The notes under the pieces: generated by a model
Told to the model about the DNA's origin: nothing
The model's input: the letters and a program-made list of their open reading frames with translations, nothing else
The model's database searches: none
Translations under genes and position numbers: made by a program
Source: Felis catus
Taxonomy: Eukaryota
Assembly (NCBI RefSeq): GCF_018350175.1
Contig: NC_058373.1
Coordinates: 105,154,001-105,218,000, forward strand
DNA: 64,000 nt
Reading direction: 5' to 3'
Shown here: positions 25,922-40,700 of the stretch, in pieces
How the letters are laid out: the number at the start of each line of letters is the position of its first letter
How positions within the stretch are numbered: the stretch's first letter is position 1

Positions 25922-25992
25922 TGAGGGCTTCGCGGGGCGCACGCGGGCGTCGGGATGGCTCCCGAGTGGCACGTGCCCGGTTGTGTTTGCAG

Positions 25993-26036
25993 AAAGAAGA
26001 GCCCAGCACCAGAAGGCAGAGGGACGGGGCGCCCAG
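25993..26036 (+). CDS. TOMM20L: TOMM20L exon 2
   Basis: Acceptor tttgcag| and donor |gtgaag. Encodes (K)RRAQHQKAEGRGAQ. Confidence 0.88.
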
Positions 26037-27119
26037 GTGAAGTGCTTAGCGACGCCGAGGTGGCGTTATAGTGCGTAACCTCCCCGCCGTGCAGGGCGTC
26101 AGGGTCCCAGTCTGGTCCATGAGCGGGCATTTCGGAGCGCCCTTCCGCCTGCCTGCCCGCGCCCGGCTTACACGCGGGCGTAGTTTTTAATTGCTTACAA
26201 AAGGAAGGAAAGAAGAACGATTTGGGGTTATGACAAAGCTCATCCCGCTCTAAAAAGAGAATTCTTGGGGACAAACATAAAACATAAAAAGTCTCCAGAT
26301 AGACCAGACTGGAGCTGAGGTGATTGGCAGTAGAGTTGATACTTTGGGTCAAGGATTGTCCACTGTACCTACCTTTAAAGACCAGCCCTGGGGGGCGCCT
26401 GGGTGGCTCAGTCGGTTGAGTGTCCGACTTCAGCTCAGGTCACGATCTTACAGTCTGTGAGTTCGAGCCCCGCGTCGGGCTCTGTGCTGACAGCTCAGAG
26501 CCTGGAGCCTGCTTCAGATTCTGTGTGTCTCTCTCTTTCAGCCCCTTCCCCACTCATGCTCTGTCTCTCTGTCTCAAAAATAAATAAAAACATTAAAAAA
26601 ATTAAAAAAATAAAGACCAGCCCTGGGCTTGGTACCAGTGATGACGCCATCCTGCGATGCTGGTTACCTTCATGAACCAGCCTGACGCAAACCATAGCGT
26701 GCCTCGGAACACCACTGCCCCGCCAACCGCTCGTCGTGCCCATTGCCAAATCTACAAGCACTGTTAATACCCTAGGCAAGAAAACAAATTGGCAACATGC
26801 AAAGCTATGTTTGCTGTAGTTAATTATACTAGGACTTCCGCTATGTGTACGTAGAAGCTAGGTCAAATATAGATGAAAGTTATTACAAGCATCTCAACTT
26901 AATTTCGATATGCCATGTATTTTTTTAATCACCTAAAATTGTTAACTCCATTTTGAGTTGTTTTAAATATTAAAAAGAACAACTATGTTTATCATACTTT
27001 GGATTTAGAGACTGGGTGCAAGATACAGTTTTTTTTTAAATAAAAATTAAGTAATTTTGATCAGTAACCCTATACCTTACATTCATTACTCATGGCTAAA
27101 TATTTCGTGAATCTTTTAG

Positions 27120-27224
<105 letters not shown>

Positions 27225-28089
27225 TAAGCGGTTACTTTTGATAATATAGGTTCAAAAAATATTTGATTGGTATTTGTATGTCAAAAAACTTAACTAGCTA
27301 GCTGTGTTAACTAAGTTGCTTTTTAGTTAAAGAGAAACTGCCCCAGCATTTTTGCTTGATTCCACTGTTCATCCCTACCATATTATACTGAGCATTCAGG
27401 TTGATGGTGCAGTCTAGGAAATGGGCAGATGGAGAAGCAAAGCCAAATACAGTTAACACATCATTTATCATCAGGTAAAATTCTAAGTAAATGAACTTTC
27501 CAAATTACTAAATGTTGTATGAATTAAAATTTTAAAAAGTTTGAGCTGTCTTATAAACATTTTCCTGCATTTTGAAGAGTATTCTTAATAAAATAATTAC
27601 TATTTTTTTAAGTTCATTTATTTGAAAGAGTGAGGGAGGGACAGAAAGAGAGGGAGACAGAGAATCCCAAGCCGACTCTGTGCTGTCAGCACAGAGCCAG
27701 ACTTGGGGCTTGAGCTCACAAATCCCGAGATCATGACCTGAGCCAAAATCAAGAGTTGGATGCTTAACCAACTAAGCCATTCAGGCACCCCAATAATTAT
27801 TTAAAAATTTTTTTTAAACGTTTATTCATTTTTGAGAGATGGAGAGAGACAGAGCTTGAGTGGGGAGGGGCAGGGAGAGAGGGAGACACAGAATCCAAAG
27901 CGGGCCCCAGGCTCTGAGCTGTCGGCACAAAGCCTGATGCGGGGCTCAGACCCACGGACCATGAGATCGTGACCTGAGCTGAAGTCAGATGCCCAACTGA
28001 GGCACCCAGATGCCCTAATAATTACTTATTGTTGATGATAAATCATTGTAAATGACCATTTTTGTATGTTTAATATGGTGATGTATGTA

Positions 28090-29512
28090 GGGGCTACCTT
28101 GGACTTAATGGCCATGGACTGTATTTTGAATTATAATTTGTCCCAACCTATTTCCACATAGATTTAAGAAGACTTCACAATATTGTCAGGTAAAATGGTG
28201 GTAGATGATGTAAGTATTTTATAAATATTGTGTCTAGTAATCATGTCTTTGTTCTGGTGCTAAGCCCTGGGAAGGAAAGTAATTTGCTTTTAGGCTTATG
28301 TAAGGGATGAATGATGTTGCTGGATAAATGAGCGTTATACCCATTTATGTATCTTTCTTTCAAGTTTTGCAAATTTCCTCTCATCATAGTGCCTGTACCT
28401 ATGTTGGCTCTTTTGATTGTCTTTTTTGAAAAAATTTTGTTTTTTACCTGCATTTAAGAGGTAGCATCCTCCAGAATTTATGAAAACAAAGTCAGGATCC
28501 TGGACAACAGGTAGCAATACTCATGATTTTTACTTTAATTCAATGGCTTAAAACCATGATAAAGGTTTTGAGAAATGAAAAAAATATTCAGAGTTATTGC
28601 ATATTAATCATTATAATTTGAAATTTTAATATTTAATATTAGTCTTCTCTTTTAGGAAGTTTTATAAGTGGGCTAAAAATATCTTAAATATTAATGACAA
28701 AATTAATAGTTAGAACTGACTTAAATGATATAAACAGGAGTAATTTTTTATTCATTGATTTTTGAGAGAGAGAAAGTGTGAGCAGGTGAGGGACAGAGAG
28801 AGAATCCCAAGCAGGCTCCACACTGTCAACACGGAGCCTGATGTGGGGCTTGAACCCACGAACCGTGAGATCATCATTATCTGAGCCAAAGTCAGACACT
28901 TAACTGACTGAGCCACCCAGCTGCCCCTAAACAGGAATGGTTTTATACAAGGAAGTAAAGCATAAGTTTTAAGGACCTTCATTTGCACAGGGCTTTTTGA
29001 ATATTCTGGGAGGAGTCCTACCAATTTTGTATTCATAATTTTATCATCTTTTTATTTCCTTTTTTTCTTTTTTATATTCTTTGTCTTGGGGCGCCTGGGT
29101 GGCTTAGTCGGTTAAGTGTCTGACTTCGGCTCAAGTCATGATCTCGTGGTCCGTGAGTTCAAGCCCCGCGTCGGGCTCTGTGCTGACGGCTCAGAGCCTG
29201 GAGCCTATTTCAGATTCCGTGTCTCCCTCTCTCTCTGACCCTCTCTGACCGTTCATGCTCTGTGTCTCTGTCTGAAAAATAAATAAACGTTAAAAAAAAA
29301 TAAAATTTTATATTCTTTGTCTTAAAAGGGCCCCCAGGGGTGCCTAGCTCGCTCATTCAGTAGAGCATGTGACTCTTGATCTCCAGGTCATGAGTTTGGA
29401 CCCCACATTGGGGGTAGAGATTACTTAAAAAAATAAAATCTTTTAAAAGAAAAGCCCCCCCCCCCCCCCAAATATATAAACTAGGGGCCTCACAAAATAT
29501 GGATTAATTCCT
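28090..29512. mobile_element. Possible degraded hAT-Tip100 (Arthur1-like) element interrupted by SINEs
   Basis: The terminus ggggcctcacaaaatatggattaattcct resembles the recalled Arthur1 end; the left boundary is uncertain. Confidence 0.35.
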
Positions 29513-32255
29513 AGATGTGGATACTGCTTGGACATAGGGGGAAATTAAAATAGAATCTTTGGGTTTTAACATTTTTTTTTAAATTTTTTTTTTCAACATT
29601 TATTTATTTTTGGGACAGAGAGAGACAGAGCGTGAACAGGGGAGGGGCAGAGAGAGAGGGAGACACAGAATCGGAAACAGGCTCCAGGCTCTGAGCCATC
29701 AGCCCAGAGCCCGACGCGGGGCTCGAACTCACGGACCGCGAGATCCTGACCTGGCTGAAGTCGGACGCTTAACCGACTGCGCCACCCAGGCGCCCCGGGT
29801 TTTAACATTTTTTGAATTGGGATAGTGTAAATATGGAGAGAAAAGTAGGAATTATAAATTAAAAAGTTACTTCATGACACATCTTTATTCACTTTATGTT
29901 TAAGAGTCTTCATGTCATAGAGGTGAATATGTTACAAATATTGAGATTATTAAAACAAAAATTGCAAACTTATGTTTTAAAAGTTTTACCTCTTAAGGAT
30001 AACATATTTCTGTTAAATCCCTAAATTGGTTAGTTATTTAAGGGTTATGTATGTCCCTATTTTACTTCTAATGGAGTTCTCATCTTGGTTGCTTACTTAA
30101 AATCCCACCAAACCCCAAACCAATTAAATAAAAATTTCTGGGGTGGGACTCAGGCATCAATATTTTTAAAACGTCCCTAGGTTATTATAATACACTGAGG
30201 ACCAGCATTCTGATTTTTCACCTAGTTTTCTGTAATCTTTTCCATTTTCTCCACTTTCTTCTGCCACCACCCCCAATTTTCATTCCTTCGCCGTCAGGTA
30301 GTATAGTCCTCATCATGGTTGTGTCCACATAGGACCACAGAGCCAATAATTTTGATTGAAATTTCTGATTAGCTGATTTGGTTGAATTTATTGGTTGGTT
30401 GACTTAGTTGACCACATTGATTTTGTGTCACATTAGCTCTATCAATTTGAGAGGAGGCACTATTATATCTTTTTCTTTAAAAGGTTCAATACGATCAAAG
30501 TATTTTGACTTAATGTGTCATGTCTATAAAGCTGTGATTTTATTAATTTAAAAATAAACCTTTCAGTGAAATACTAGTACAGTATTCCATCTAAGAAATA
30601 CGTTCTTTAAATGCCTAAAAAGTTACTTAAAAGCCAGCAATGAAAGTTTCTTAGGTTGAAAATGTCAAATTAGGTGTTTAGACACAAGACCTTTAACTCT
30701 TGAAACTTATGTAATATAGGCAAGGTTTGCTTTGTGTGTCTGAGTTAGGTCATGTTTGTTCTTCTGATGGTTTTTCAGTTTAAACTTCATACAAATCTGG
30801 GAACATTGTTTTCTGTCATGCACTTTTATCTTCAGATGACCAAGTATTTCAACCAACAAATGGAAAATCATGAAACACCTGAGAGGCAAGCACACTGTGT
30901 TCTCAAGGTTCAGAAAATTAGGTTCTATTACTAATTATGGCATTAAATAGTTCTGAAACTTTAAATCATTTCACTGATCTTTGCCTCAGTTTCTTAGAAT
31001 GAAGTAGTGAGACTAAGTGTTTCCATGTTTTCACTCAAACAAATTCTATGATTGGGGTGCCTGGGTGGCTTAGTTGGTTAAGCATCTGACTCTTGATTTT
31101 AGCTCAGGTCATGATCCCACGATTCATGAGTTTGAGCCCCGCATCAGGCTTGGCGCTACTCAGAGCCTGCTTAGGATTCTCTCTCTCCCTCCCCCTCCTC
31201 CACTCTCTCTCAAACATTAACAAAAAATTCTATGATTAACTTCCACATTACACAACTTTTCATTCTTTACAGCCAGTCATCCTAAAACTCATTTTAAAAC
31301 TACTTAGAAGTCAAAGTTCATAAATCTCTTTTCTTCTCCTATATATGTAATTCATGTTACCCTAAACCCTGTTTTAAACTCATTGATAATAGGATTTGTT
31401 TTTGAATTCTTATTTAGCCAGAACATCAGGTGTTTCATTTATATTTCATCAGTCACACATGTAGAGTTAAAGATAACCTGTCTTCTATCAGTAACAGCGG
31501 ACCACAACATTTAAAAAATACTCAACACCCCTTTCTCGCAAACCCACATTGCAGAACATGCAAAGTAAGAATGCACTTTTTTTTAAACATTATTTTTGAG
31601 AGTGAGTGTGAACGGGGCAGAGGCAGAGAGGGGGACAGAGAATCCAACGTGGCTGTGCACTGTCAGCACAGGGCCTGACAGGGCTAACTCGCGAACCATA
31701 AGATCATGACTTCAGCCAAAGTCAGCCGCTTAACTGAGCCACCCAGACACTCCCAAGAGTGCACTTTTGAATAGTAATTTGGATCATAAAACTATTCATC
31801 TTGCAGCTTGATCACAGTGAATCAAAAATTTTTAAATGTTTATTTTTTTTGAGAGAGACAGAGCGTGAGCAGGGGAGGGAGAGAGGAGACACAAAATCCA
31901 AAGCAGACTGGTCTCTGAACTGTCAGCATAGAGCCTGATGCAGGGCTCAAACCCACAAACTGTGAGATCATGACCTGAATCAAAGTCAATGCTTAACCGA
32001 CTGAGCCACCCAGGCCCCTCTGATCACAGTGAATCTAATTGACAGCTCAGCATTTGTCCCATTTATAGTCTTTACTCTTTTTGTTTATTTTGAGAGAGCA
32101 TGAACCAGGGAGAATCAGAAAGAGTGGGAGAAGGGGAGAGAAAGAAAGGGAAAGAGAATCCCAAGCAGGCTTGTTTATATAGTCTGTAGTTTGATATGCT
32201 TTTTTCATTTTAATACTTGGTGTTTTCTTGGTAATTTGTGGAAGGTGTATTTTGA

Positions 32256-32495
<240 letters not shown>

Positions 32496-33365
32496 TAAAA
32501 ATAGCAGTTTGTGTGTGGATGGCCCAGGGTTTTAAATGAGTAAAATCTCTGAATTTTTGGTTGCTTTCTTGCCTTATGAGGGAAACAAGCATATTCTTTC
32601 ATGCTTCTTTAACTATAATGAATTGTTTATTTTGCTGAGTCTCCTAGATGTTTCAACATTAAAGATAGCATTAATATTTTGTTTTTGTACTTTCAAAGAC
32701 ACAACAATTAGTGACTGCAATGTCAACAGAAGCCTGTAAAATAAATGGTATTGTTAGTTATATGATGTAATAGCTTCAAAATTAGATGTAATACAGAAAA
32801 CCTTAGTTTATCAAAGCAGAATACTTCTGGCTTCAAATAATATGACAAAACAGAAACCACTTTGATAATGTAAACATATAGGCTAATTATAATTAGTACT
32901 CTCTTAAGTGCAAGTTTAGATTGGTATCAAATGAAATCCATTCATAAGTCCATTTATTAGTAGGTATTAGTCTATGTACATTTTCCAAACTGCTTGGTAT
33001 ACTTATGCATCAACTAGAATTTTCCTGCAGATGTTTGGATTTGTTTTAGGATTCCTTTAGCTCTAAGACACTACTATAACTTCGGTTCACTTTTTATTGC
33101 ATTGATCACATGACATAGCTGAGAATACACTGTATATTGTTAGACTCTCAGCTTTTGGACAAAACACAAAACACAGTCTTCACTAGAGCATAATAGTCAA
33201 CTCTTAAACATTCCCAAGGTAATCTCAGATGGGATGTTTCCTGAAGATATACGAAAATATGGCTAGGATAAGAATGTGTAATACCCATCCTGATGCAAGA
33301 AGGGAGGCAAGAAAAGGATTGTGCATTGAAATTATTAGCAAGTAACTATTTTATGTATTTACCAG

Positions 33366-33419
33366 CAATTTGAGACAGACATGAATGAACAGGAATACTT
33401 GGAGGATGATCGTGATTGA
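33366..33419 (+). CDS. TOMM20L: TOMM20L exon 5 (last coding)
   Basis: Acceptor accag|. Encodes QFETDMNEQEYLEDDRD then TGA. Joined CDS is 450 nt (149 aa); AATAAA at 33519. Confidence 0.92.
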   Translation, partial: QFETDMNEQEYLEDDRD

Positions 33420-33874
33420 AAAACATTTCAACGTATCCACAGTCCAGTCAGAATACTATGGTACTATATATAGTATAAACAACTGCTCAGTGATATTTCC
33501 ATTTATTTTACTTTTAGTAATAAAAATTTTTTTCTATCTCATACATGATTGAACACATTATTTTGCTTTTAAAATTAACAGTCACAATTGAAGAAACAAT
33601 GGTTTATTTATCTAATGAAGTTACCAAGCTGCTGAATCTTAAGGCCTCAACAAATGTTGCATCTTATTATTTTGATTGAACAATAAGACCTTCTATTTTG
33701 ATTATTCATGGTAAATAGCAATTTTGTTTCTCTAGTTGTTTCCCACTTGCCAGACAGTCATGACAGTTTAACATGGTGGCTACTGCTTTCAGGGGATTCC
33801 ATCAGATGAATCCTCGTTTCCATCACAACAGCTGCTGGCCATGTTTCATCTAAAGTCCAGCCATCAGGACTCCT

Positions 33875-34009
33875 CTATCGTGGTTGGCCAAGGAGTCCTG
33901 CTTTGGCTGCCAGGGCTTCATTCTGCTGAATATGATATTCCTGAAATCTCATGGATATTCTTTGTGTCATTTTTAAATATTTCTGTAAGCAATGTTCTGA
34001 ACAGGTGGT
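33875..34009 (-). CDS. TIMM9: TIMM9 last coding exon
   Basis: Encodes [44 protein letters not shown] then TAG; second CX3C motif (CSEHC); acceptor AG at 34011-34010. Confidence 0.96.
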
Positions 34010-34913
34010 CTAGAAATAAAAAGAGAAGATCCAAGAGGCAACACAGAAATATTAATTTTTTTAAACAATGCATGTATTTTTACATAAACAACCAGTGGGT
34101 GCTTTTCTTTTCTTTGAATATATGAGAACTAAATGGTATTGAGTAGTGAGTGATCATAGCTTTCAATTGTTAATAGTTTCATCCATTTACAAAAATTAAT
34201 ATATACTGAATGCCTACTAGTTTGTAAGCACTAAAAACAACAGTAATGTCCCTGCCTTTTGCATATGTTATTCTGATTGTTAAAACATAGGCCCAGTAGT
34301 TTGTTCCTTTTTAATGAGAAGCTCCATTCCCAATATTCTTAAATTTCAACACTTCTTTTTAACAAGATTGTACTTAGTATTTTTCAAACTTTGTCATTTA
34401 CTTAACAAGGACTTACTGACTGCTAGTTATATGTTCTTGGCATGAATGAATATCACTTTCAGCCAATATATAAATGTTTTGATGAGGGTATTAAAAGTTA
34501 CGACTTCTGAGAGGATTACGTTTTCAGAGTCCACCTATGCAATATGAGCCACCAAATTTAAGCTCTGCTTTTTCCAAAATTAACCTGAATTCTCAGGGTC
34601 AAGTTTCTCTAGCCAGGCCATCTTGACTGAAAGCTAATTAGTAAGAATCTTTGCCATGGAACAATAATTTAGCAAACCCCAGGCATCTTAGCGAAAAAAC
34701 CCAAAATCTGCCATGGTACGGTAGGACTGTCATATTAAATTTGGGATCATTTAACTCAAGGCCATGGGTCTCGACTGCTTCAGTTCCTCTGAGCAATGGA
34801 ACATAAAACCACATTCCTGTAATAACTAGGAACAAGCGAAATGGTGAGGGGGATCTCATTTCTATTGTTTATGACAAGCTTTCAGAGTTGTTAGTGGGCG
34901 GTGCTTTTCATAC

Positions 34914-35009
34914 CTCTTCAGGTTTTACTTCTCTTGTTGTGAAGTCTTTAACGCAGTCCAAAAAGCAGGTTTCTGTAAGTTTATTGTAGGTTCCAAGAAA
35001 TTCTTTAAA
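34914..35009 (-). CDS. TIMM9: TIMM9 middle coding exon
   Basis: Encodes [32 protein letters not shown]; first CX3C motif (CFLDC); flanked by AG and GT. Confidence 0.96.
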
Positions 35010-35385
35010 CTACGAACAAATCAGAGCATTCTTTAATATTTGGTTTTTTAAAACAAAGATGTTTTGAAACTTTAATTACTGATGTTTTGTATTTGGGCAA
35101 AATACCCTGTTATACTTGAAATAAAAAATTCTTTCCTTCACTCAGGTGGGTATAGTATGACCTGTAGAGTATGATCTATAAAACATAGTCAAATTTTCTA
35201 GTTAAATATTTTTTTTTTGCGTTATCTGTCAAATTATCTGAAAAAAAAATGTTTCATATGATTTAAAATCCATTTTTGGAAATGAAATTTGAAGTTATTT
35301 TGTGAGATCACTGACTGACATGGTTGCACCCAGAAGTGCCTTAAATTTTTTGCAAAATTCTTTTTCATTAATTGTAATACCTTAC

Positions 35386-35424
35386 CTGTTTTATCTGATC
35401 AGATTCTGGTATTTGTGCAGCCAT
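35386..35424 (-). CDS. TIMM9: TIMM9 first coding exon (exon probably starts at 35450)
   Basis: Encodes MAAQIPESDQIKQ; donor CAG|gtaagg; acceptor 26 nt upstream of the ATG. Total protein 89 aa. Confidence 0.95.
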
Positions 35425-36719
35425 ATTCTTTTGATATGTTTATTAGTCACCTAATTTAAAAATTAAGGAAAAGTTAGTCTGTGAACAAATATTTTTTGGC
35501 TCACTGAAGAGTTAGGTATTAAAACAAATACAGGTTATTAAAAGAAATGAAACGAAGTTTACCTGAAATTATTTTCTTTATTTTATAAATTTCTAATGGG
35601 GTATGTAATTATATCCATCCTCCCAGGTCATTAATGGCAACAAGGAACGCTATAGTTTAGAATTAGATTTTTTTAATGCTGGCCGTGGGCCCCGTTTATC
35701 TAAATCTCGTTTTAAGACAGCTTGCTTTGCTACCTTGCAAAGTCACTTGCCACAGCCTCATTCCTAGTAGTTTTAAGGGAAACCAAGAGATCTCTGATGT
35801 CTTCTTCAAGTACATAACTATTCCACTGGTTCCTAATGTAACTCTGATCTAACATAACAACGATCCTTCTGTTATCTCTACATAAATACACAGCTTCTAT
35901 TAATTGTTCTTAAGCACCATCCATTTATAAATCAACAACTGTAATGAAAGATACTCAGTTTTCTAAAAGACTTTAATGGAAGTACAGGAGTTGTACATTC
36001 TGTAATTCAAAAAGTGTAATCACAGAGACTTATTAGAAACTTTTGAACCTATGACACTTGTGATCTAACTTGGGGGCAACAGAGAAGTGAAGATAAGTCA
36101 AAAAAGCCTTTCTGAATTACTAGGATTTTCACATTGTTAAATGGAGAGCCCAGACTCAGTTAATCCAGATATAACAACGTATCCCATTACTTACTTGTTC
36201 TATTCTGGCTAGTTCTACAATAGATGAACATCTCATATGAAAGATTTATATAAAATAAAGCTTTTTAAAAGTAGAAATTAAACAGCATGAAAAGGGAAGA
36301 ATAAGCAAATACTAACCATGTATACTGTAAACTAACAGAACTTCTAGGCATTATATTTAGCTTTGAGTTTTCTGATACTGAATGCAAACATGATAAACCG
36401 AAAGTGTGTATCATTCTTATAGACTTGTCAATATCTAAAGTGGCTGTGAAAAGCAGGAAATTTTCATGAAGCTTATATGGAGATAAAACTAGGAAATTTC
36501 AGCACAGGACAAAGTGTACATTACTATCATGAAAACAATTTTTCATTTTGATTAATTAATACAATCAGTAGTAATTCCATTGCAGCATTTCCAACCACGT
36601 ATACACCTGCTCCTCTTTTGCATTTATTCTTTACTCCTCTTTTTTCCTTATCCTTAAGTTCATATTACTGACATTTTTTTTCACATGCAAGGGAAAGTAC
36701 TCATTCTTTTCTGTCTGGT

Positions 36720-37149
36720 TTTTAAGATATTTATATTGTTTATTTTTGAGAAAGAGTGTGAGTGGGGGAGGAGCAGAGAACAAGGGAGACACAGAATCTG
36801 AAACAGGCTCCAGGCTCTGATCTATCAGCACAGAGGCCAACGTGGGGATCGAACTCAAGCAACAGGGGATCATGACCTGAGCTGAGGTTGGAAACGTAAC
36901 TGACTGAGCCAGCCAGGTGCCCCTGCTCTTCTTTTTTTAAATAATTTTTTTAACATTTATTTTTGAGAGACAGAGACTGACAGAGCACGAGTGGGGAGGG
37001 CAGAGAGAGAAGGAGACAGAGAATCCGAAGCAGGCTCCAGGCTCTGAGCTGTCAGCACACAGCCCAGTGCGGGGCTCAAACCCACAAACCATGAGATTAT
37101 GACCTGAGCCGAAGTTGGATGCTTAACTGACTGAGCCAACCAGGCGCCT
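36720..37149 (-). mobile_element. Two tandem reverse CanSINEs
   Basis: Reverse SINE structure at ~36720-36923 and ~36935-37149. Confidence 0.88.
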
Positions 37150-37413
37150 GTCTACTCCAGATGTTCTAGCCTATAGTTTTCTTTGAAGTAATGATTCATA
37201 AAAAGTATAATTGTCTATACTTAAGAGAATCTTTGGCTTAGCAGTAACATGATATAGACCATCTTTGCTATTAAACCTCCTCTATATCCCTTACAAATAA
37301 CGCAGTAGAGGTTTTAGGTTAGCCCAACATGAGGCAACTAGCGTTCCATAAACACCGAAAACGTTAACAAGAATGCTCTTTATTCCTATTTTATTTCACT
37401 TGTAAACAACATA

Positions 37414-37735
37414 CAGTTGACCCTTCAGCAATGTGTGTGTTAGGGGCACCAACCCGACACACAGTCAAAAATCCGCATGTAACTTCTTCTGACTCTCCCA
37501 AAACTTAACTACTGATTGGCTACTGTTGATTGGAAGCCTTACTGATAGCATAGCCACTTAAGACATGTTTTGTATGTCACATGTATTATGTGTACTGTAT
37601 TCTTACAATAAAGTAATCTAAAGAAAATGTTAATAAAATCATAAGGAAAAGACATTTATAGTACAGTACTGTAAAATATCTGCATAAAAGTGGACCTGTG
37701 TAGTTCATACCTGTGTTGTTTTTCAGGGTCAACTG
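37414..37735. mobile_element. Tigger2-type DNA transposon
   Basis: Terminal inverted repeats cagttgaccct...agggtcaactg, preceded by TA. Confidence 0.85.
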
Positions 37736-40700
37736 TGTATGTTTTTACCACATAAACTACCTCAAAAATACCAACAGTTACTGCAGGTCACAATTTTTTA
37801 GGTGTTACTGTGCTGTTATAAGAAACCACTAACCAAAGAGACAGAGGATTCTATAAGTATGTCATACAATGCAGTTTAGGACTAGTGCTTCCGGGAAGAT
37901 GGAGTGAGAGATGTGCTTTTCCCAATTCCTCTCACTAAATACAACTAAAAGCCCTGGACATTAAACAAACCTGAGACTAAAAGGTGGAGAGAAGAAAGTG
38001 TATTGGCCAGGACCCTTGGGAACTGAGAAACAAAATAGTGGTGAATTCTCTTTTTTGCAAAGAGTTAGAGCTGAAGAAGCCAGCAGTCAGCAGATGCCAA
38101 TGGGCACAAAGCCCTCCATGCCCCCAAAGCTGGTCCTCTCTAGCCAAAGGGCCAGGAAAGGGGAAGCCTATAAGACAGAAAACTTAAAAAAAAATTTTTT
38201 TTTGAACATTTATTTATTTTTGAGAGACAGAAAGCATGGTGGGGGAGAGGCAGACAGCAAGGGAGACACAGAATCTGAAGCAGGCTCCAGGCTCTGAGCT
38301 GTCAGCACAGAGCCTGATGCAGGGCTCGAACCCACAAACTGTGAGATCATCATGACCCAAGCTGAAGTTGGATTCTTAAGGCGCCCCAAGACAGAAAACT
38401 TTTATTTTTTTTTCAACGTTTATTTATTTTTGGGACAGAGAGAGACAGAGCATGAACGGGGGAGGGGCAGAGAGAGAGGGAGACACAGAATCGGAAACAG
38501 GCTCCAGGCTCTGAACAGCCCAGAGCCCGATGCGGGGCTCGAACTCCCGGACCGCGAGATCGTGACCTGGCTGAAGTCGGACGCTTAACCGACTGCGCCA
38601 CCCAGGCGCCCCAGACAGAAAACTTTCAAACGATAATAGCTATACTCCAGGCAAACAAAAAAAATTGTGGCCTGCATCCCCAACCCGCCCCCCCCCCCCA
38701 CCTCCAATCAACTTAAGCCAAAGCTGGGAGCCTAGACTTCCACCCTCCCTAGGCTGTAATAAGGCATTCCAACCCCTACACTTCAGAGAAGGGAGATTAG
38801 GAAGCAAGGACTTCTTTCCTTCCTGGGCATTAATGAGGGCCCTTCACCCCCAACAGGTGTCAGTGGAAACCACATGAGGAGTTGGGACATCTACCTCAAT
38901 TGGCAGTAATGAGGTACCCTTCTCCCTCCTCTCCAGGTGGTAACAAAGGAGGCCTCTTTGAGATTCAAGACTAGTGATTACTGTCATATGGTAATTAGTC
39001 CACATTCTCTCCTCTGGTGTCAGTGGAGACAGTGGGAGCAGTAATGAGACATGCTAGTCCCTCTAAGCCAGAGTGATACCAATGGAGGCCTACTAGAGAG
39101 CCCTAACTCCTACAGTTGCCCTGGCAGTAATGAGGAGCACACCAGCCCCCACACACCTTAAGTGACAGAGTGAGAAACCTGGACTTCTACTCTACACCTA
39201 GCAGTACCTGCCCCCACTTCCGCTAATGGAGTAGTGTCAAAAGGAGCCAGCTAGAAGAGAAAGTTTAAACAAGATCTGGAGCCTCATCATACAATATGTA
39301 AAATGTCCAGGTTACAATAAAAATTCACTCATCATACCAAGAACTAAGAAAATCTCAAACTGAATGAAAAAAGACAGTTAATATATATCCAACCCTGAGA
39401 TGACAGATTTAGAATTATCTGACAAAGATTTTAAAACTATTATAAAAAGCACATCAATGAGCAATTATGAATATGCTTGAAACAAACAAGACATTAGAAG
39501 AACCCAATGAAAATTTCAAGAGGTGAAAAATAAAATAACCAAAATAAACTGAACAGATAGATTCAAGAAGCGAATGAATGCAAAGAGCATAATCGCAAAG
39601 AAGTCTACCTCAAGGTGTCACAGCCAAACTTCTAAAAACTAAAGATAAAAATTTTTGAAAGTAGCAAGTGAAAAAGTGACATTTCACCTGCAGGGGAAAA
39701 CAATTAGGATGACATCAGTCAATCTAGAAATCTGTATCTAGCAAAAATATACCTCAGGACTGAAGGGGAAATCAAGACATTCTCAAATGAAAGAAACTAA
39801 AATTTGTTGCCTGCTGACCTATCCTAAAAGAAGGATTAAAGTTCTAAACAGAAAGGAAATGATAATAGGAGACTTGGAACATCAAGAAGGGAAAAAACAG
39901 TAATAACAAATGTGAGTAAGTACAATACACTTTCCTTCTCTTCTTGAGTTTCCTAAATTGTGTTTTTCACATTTGAAGCAAAAATTATAAGACTGTCTAA
40001 TGTGGTTCTAAATGTATATTATAAATGGTGAAGGTAAAAGGAGGTAAAGTTTCTACACTTTACTGAAACTGGTGTTGACACATTAGACTGTGATAAGCTA
40101 TGTATATATCATGTAGTACCTAGAGCAATCACTAAAAAAGATACATAGGGAGACACACTCAAGAATACTATAGATAAATCAAAATGAAATTCCAAAATAT
40201 ACTCAAGTTATCCACAGAAAGGCAAGAAAAACAGAAAACAAAAATTTTAATAGCAACTTTAAGCCCTAATAAACAATTACATTAAATATAAGCAATAATC
40301 AATTAAAAGAGATTGGTAGAATGGATTAAAAAACATGACTATATGTTATCTATCAGAAACTTACTTCAAATATAATGATTGAAAATAAAAAGGATGAAAA
40401 AAGATCTGTCAAGCAAACGATCAAAAGAAAATAGTGCATATGTTAATATCAGACAAAGTAGGTGTCAGAGCAAAGGAAATTACAAGACAGGGACGTTCAG
40501 GATTAATCTACCAAGAAAACACAGCAGTTTGCACCAAACAAGAGAGTTGCACAATGTACAGAGTGAAAACTAATAGAACTGAAAGGAAACAGATCTAGTT
40601 GGGGACTTCAATATCCCTCTCTCAACAATTGATAGAACTGGACAGAAATTTTACAAGGATATAGAAAAACAACATCATCAACCAACAGGAATCAGTCAAC

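Noticed and set aside
35439..35444. Minus-strand AATAAA in the TIMM9 5'UTR part of the first coding exon
   Set aside because: It lies just upstream of a strong donor within an essential exon; most likely a chance hexamer in AT-rich DNA.
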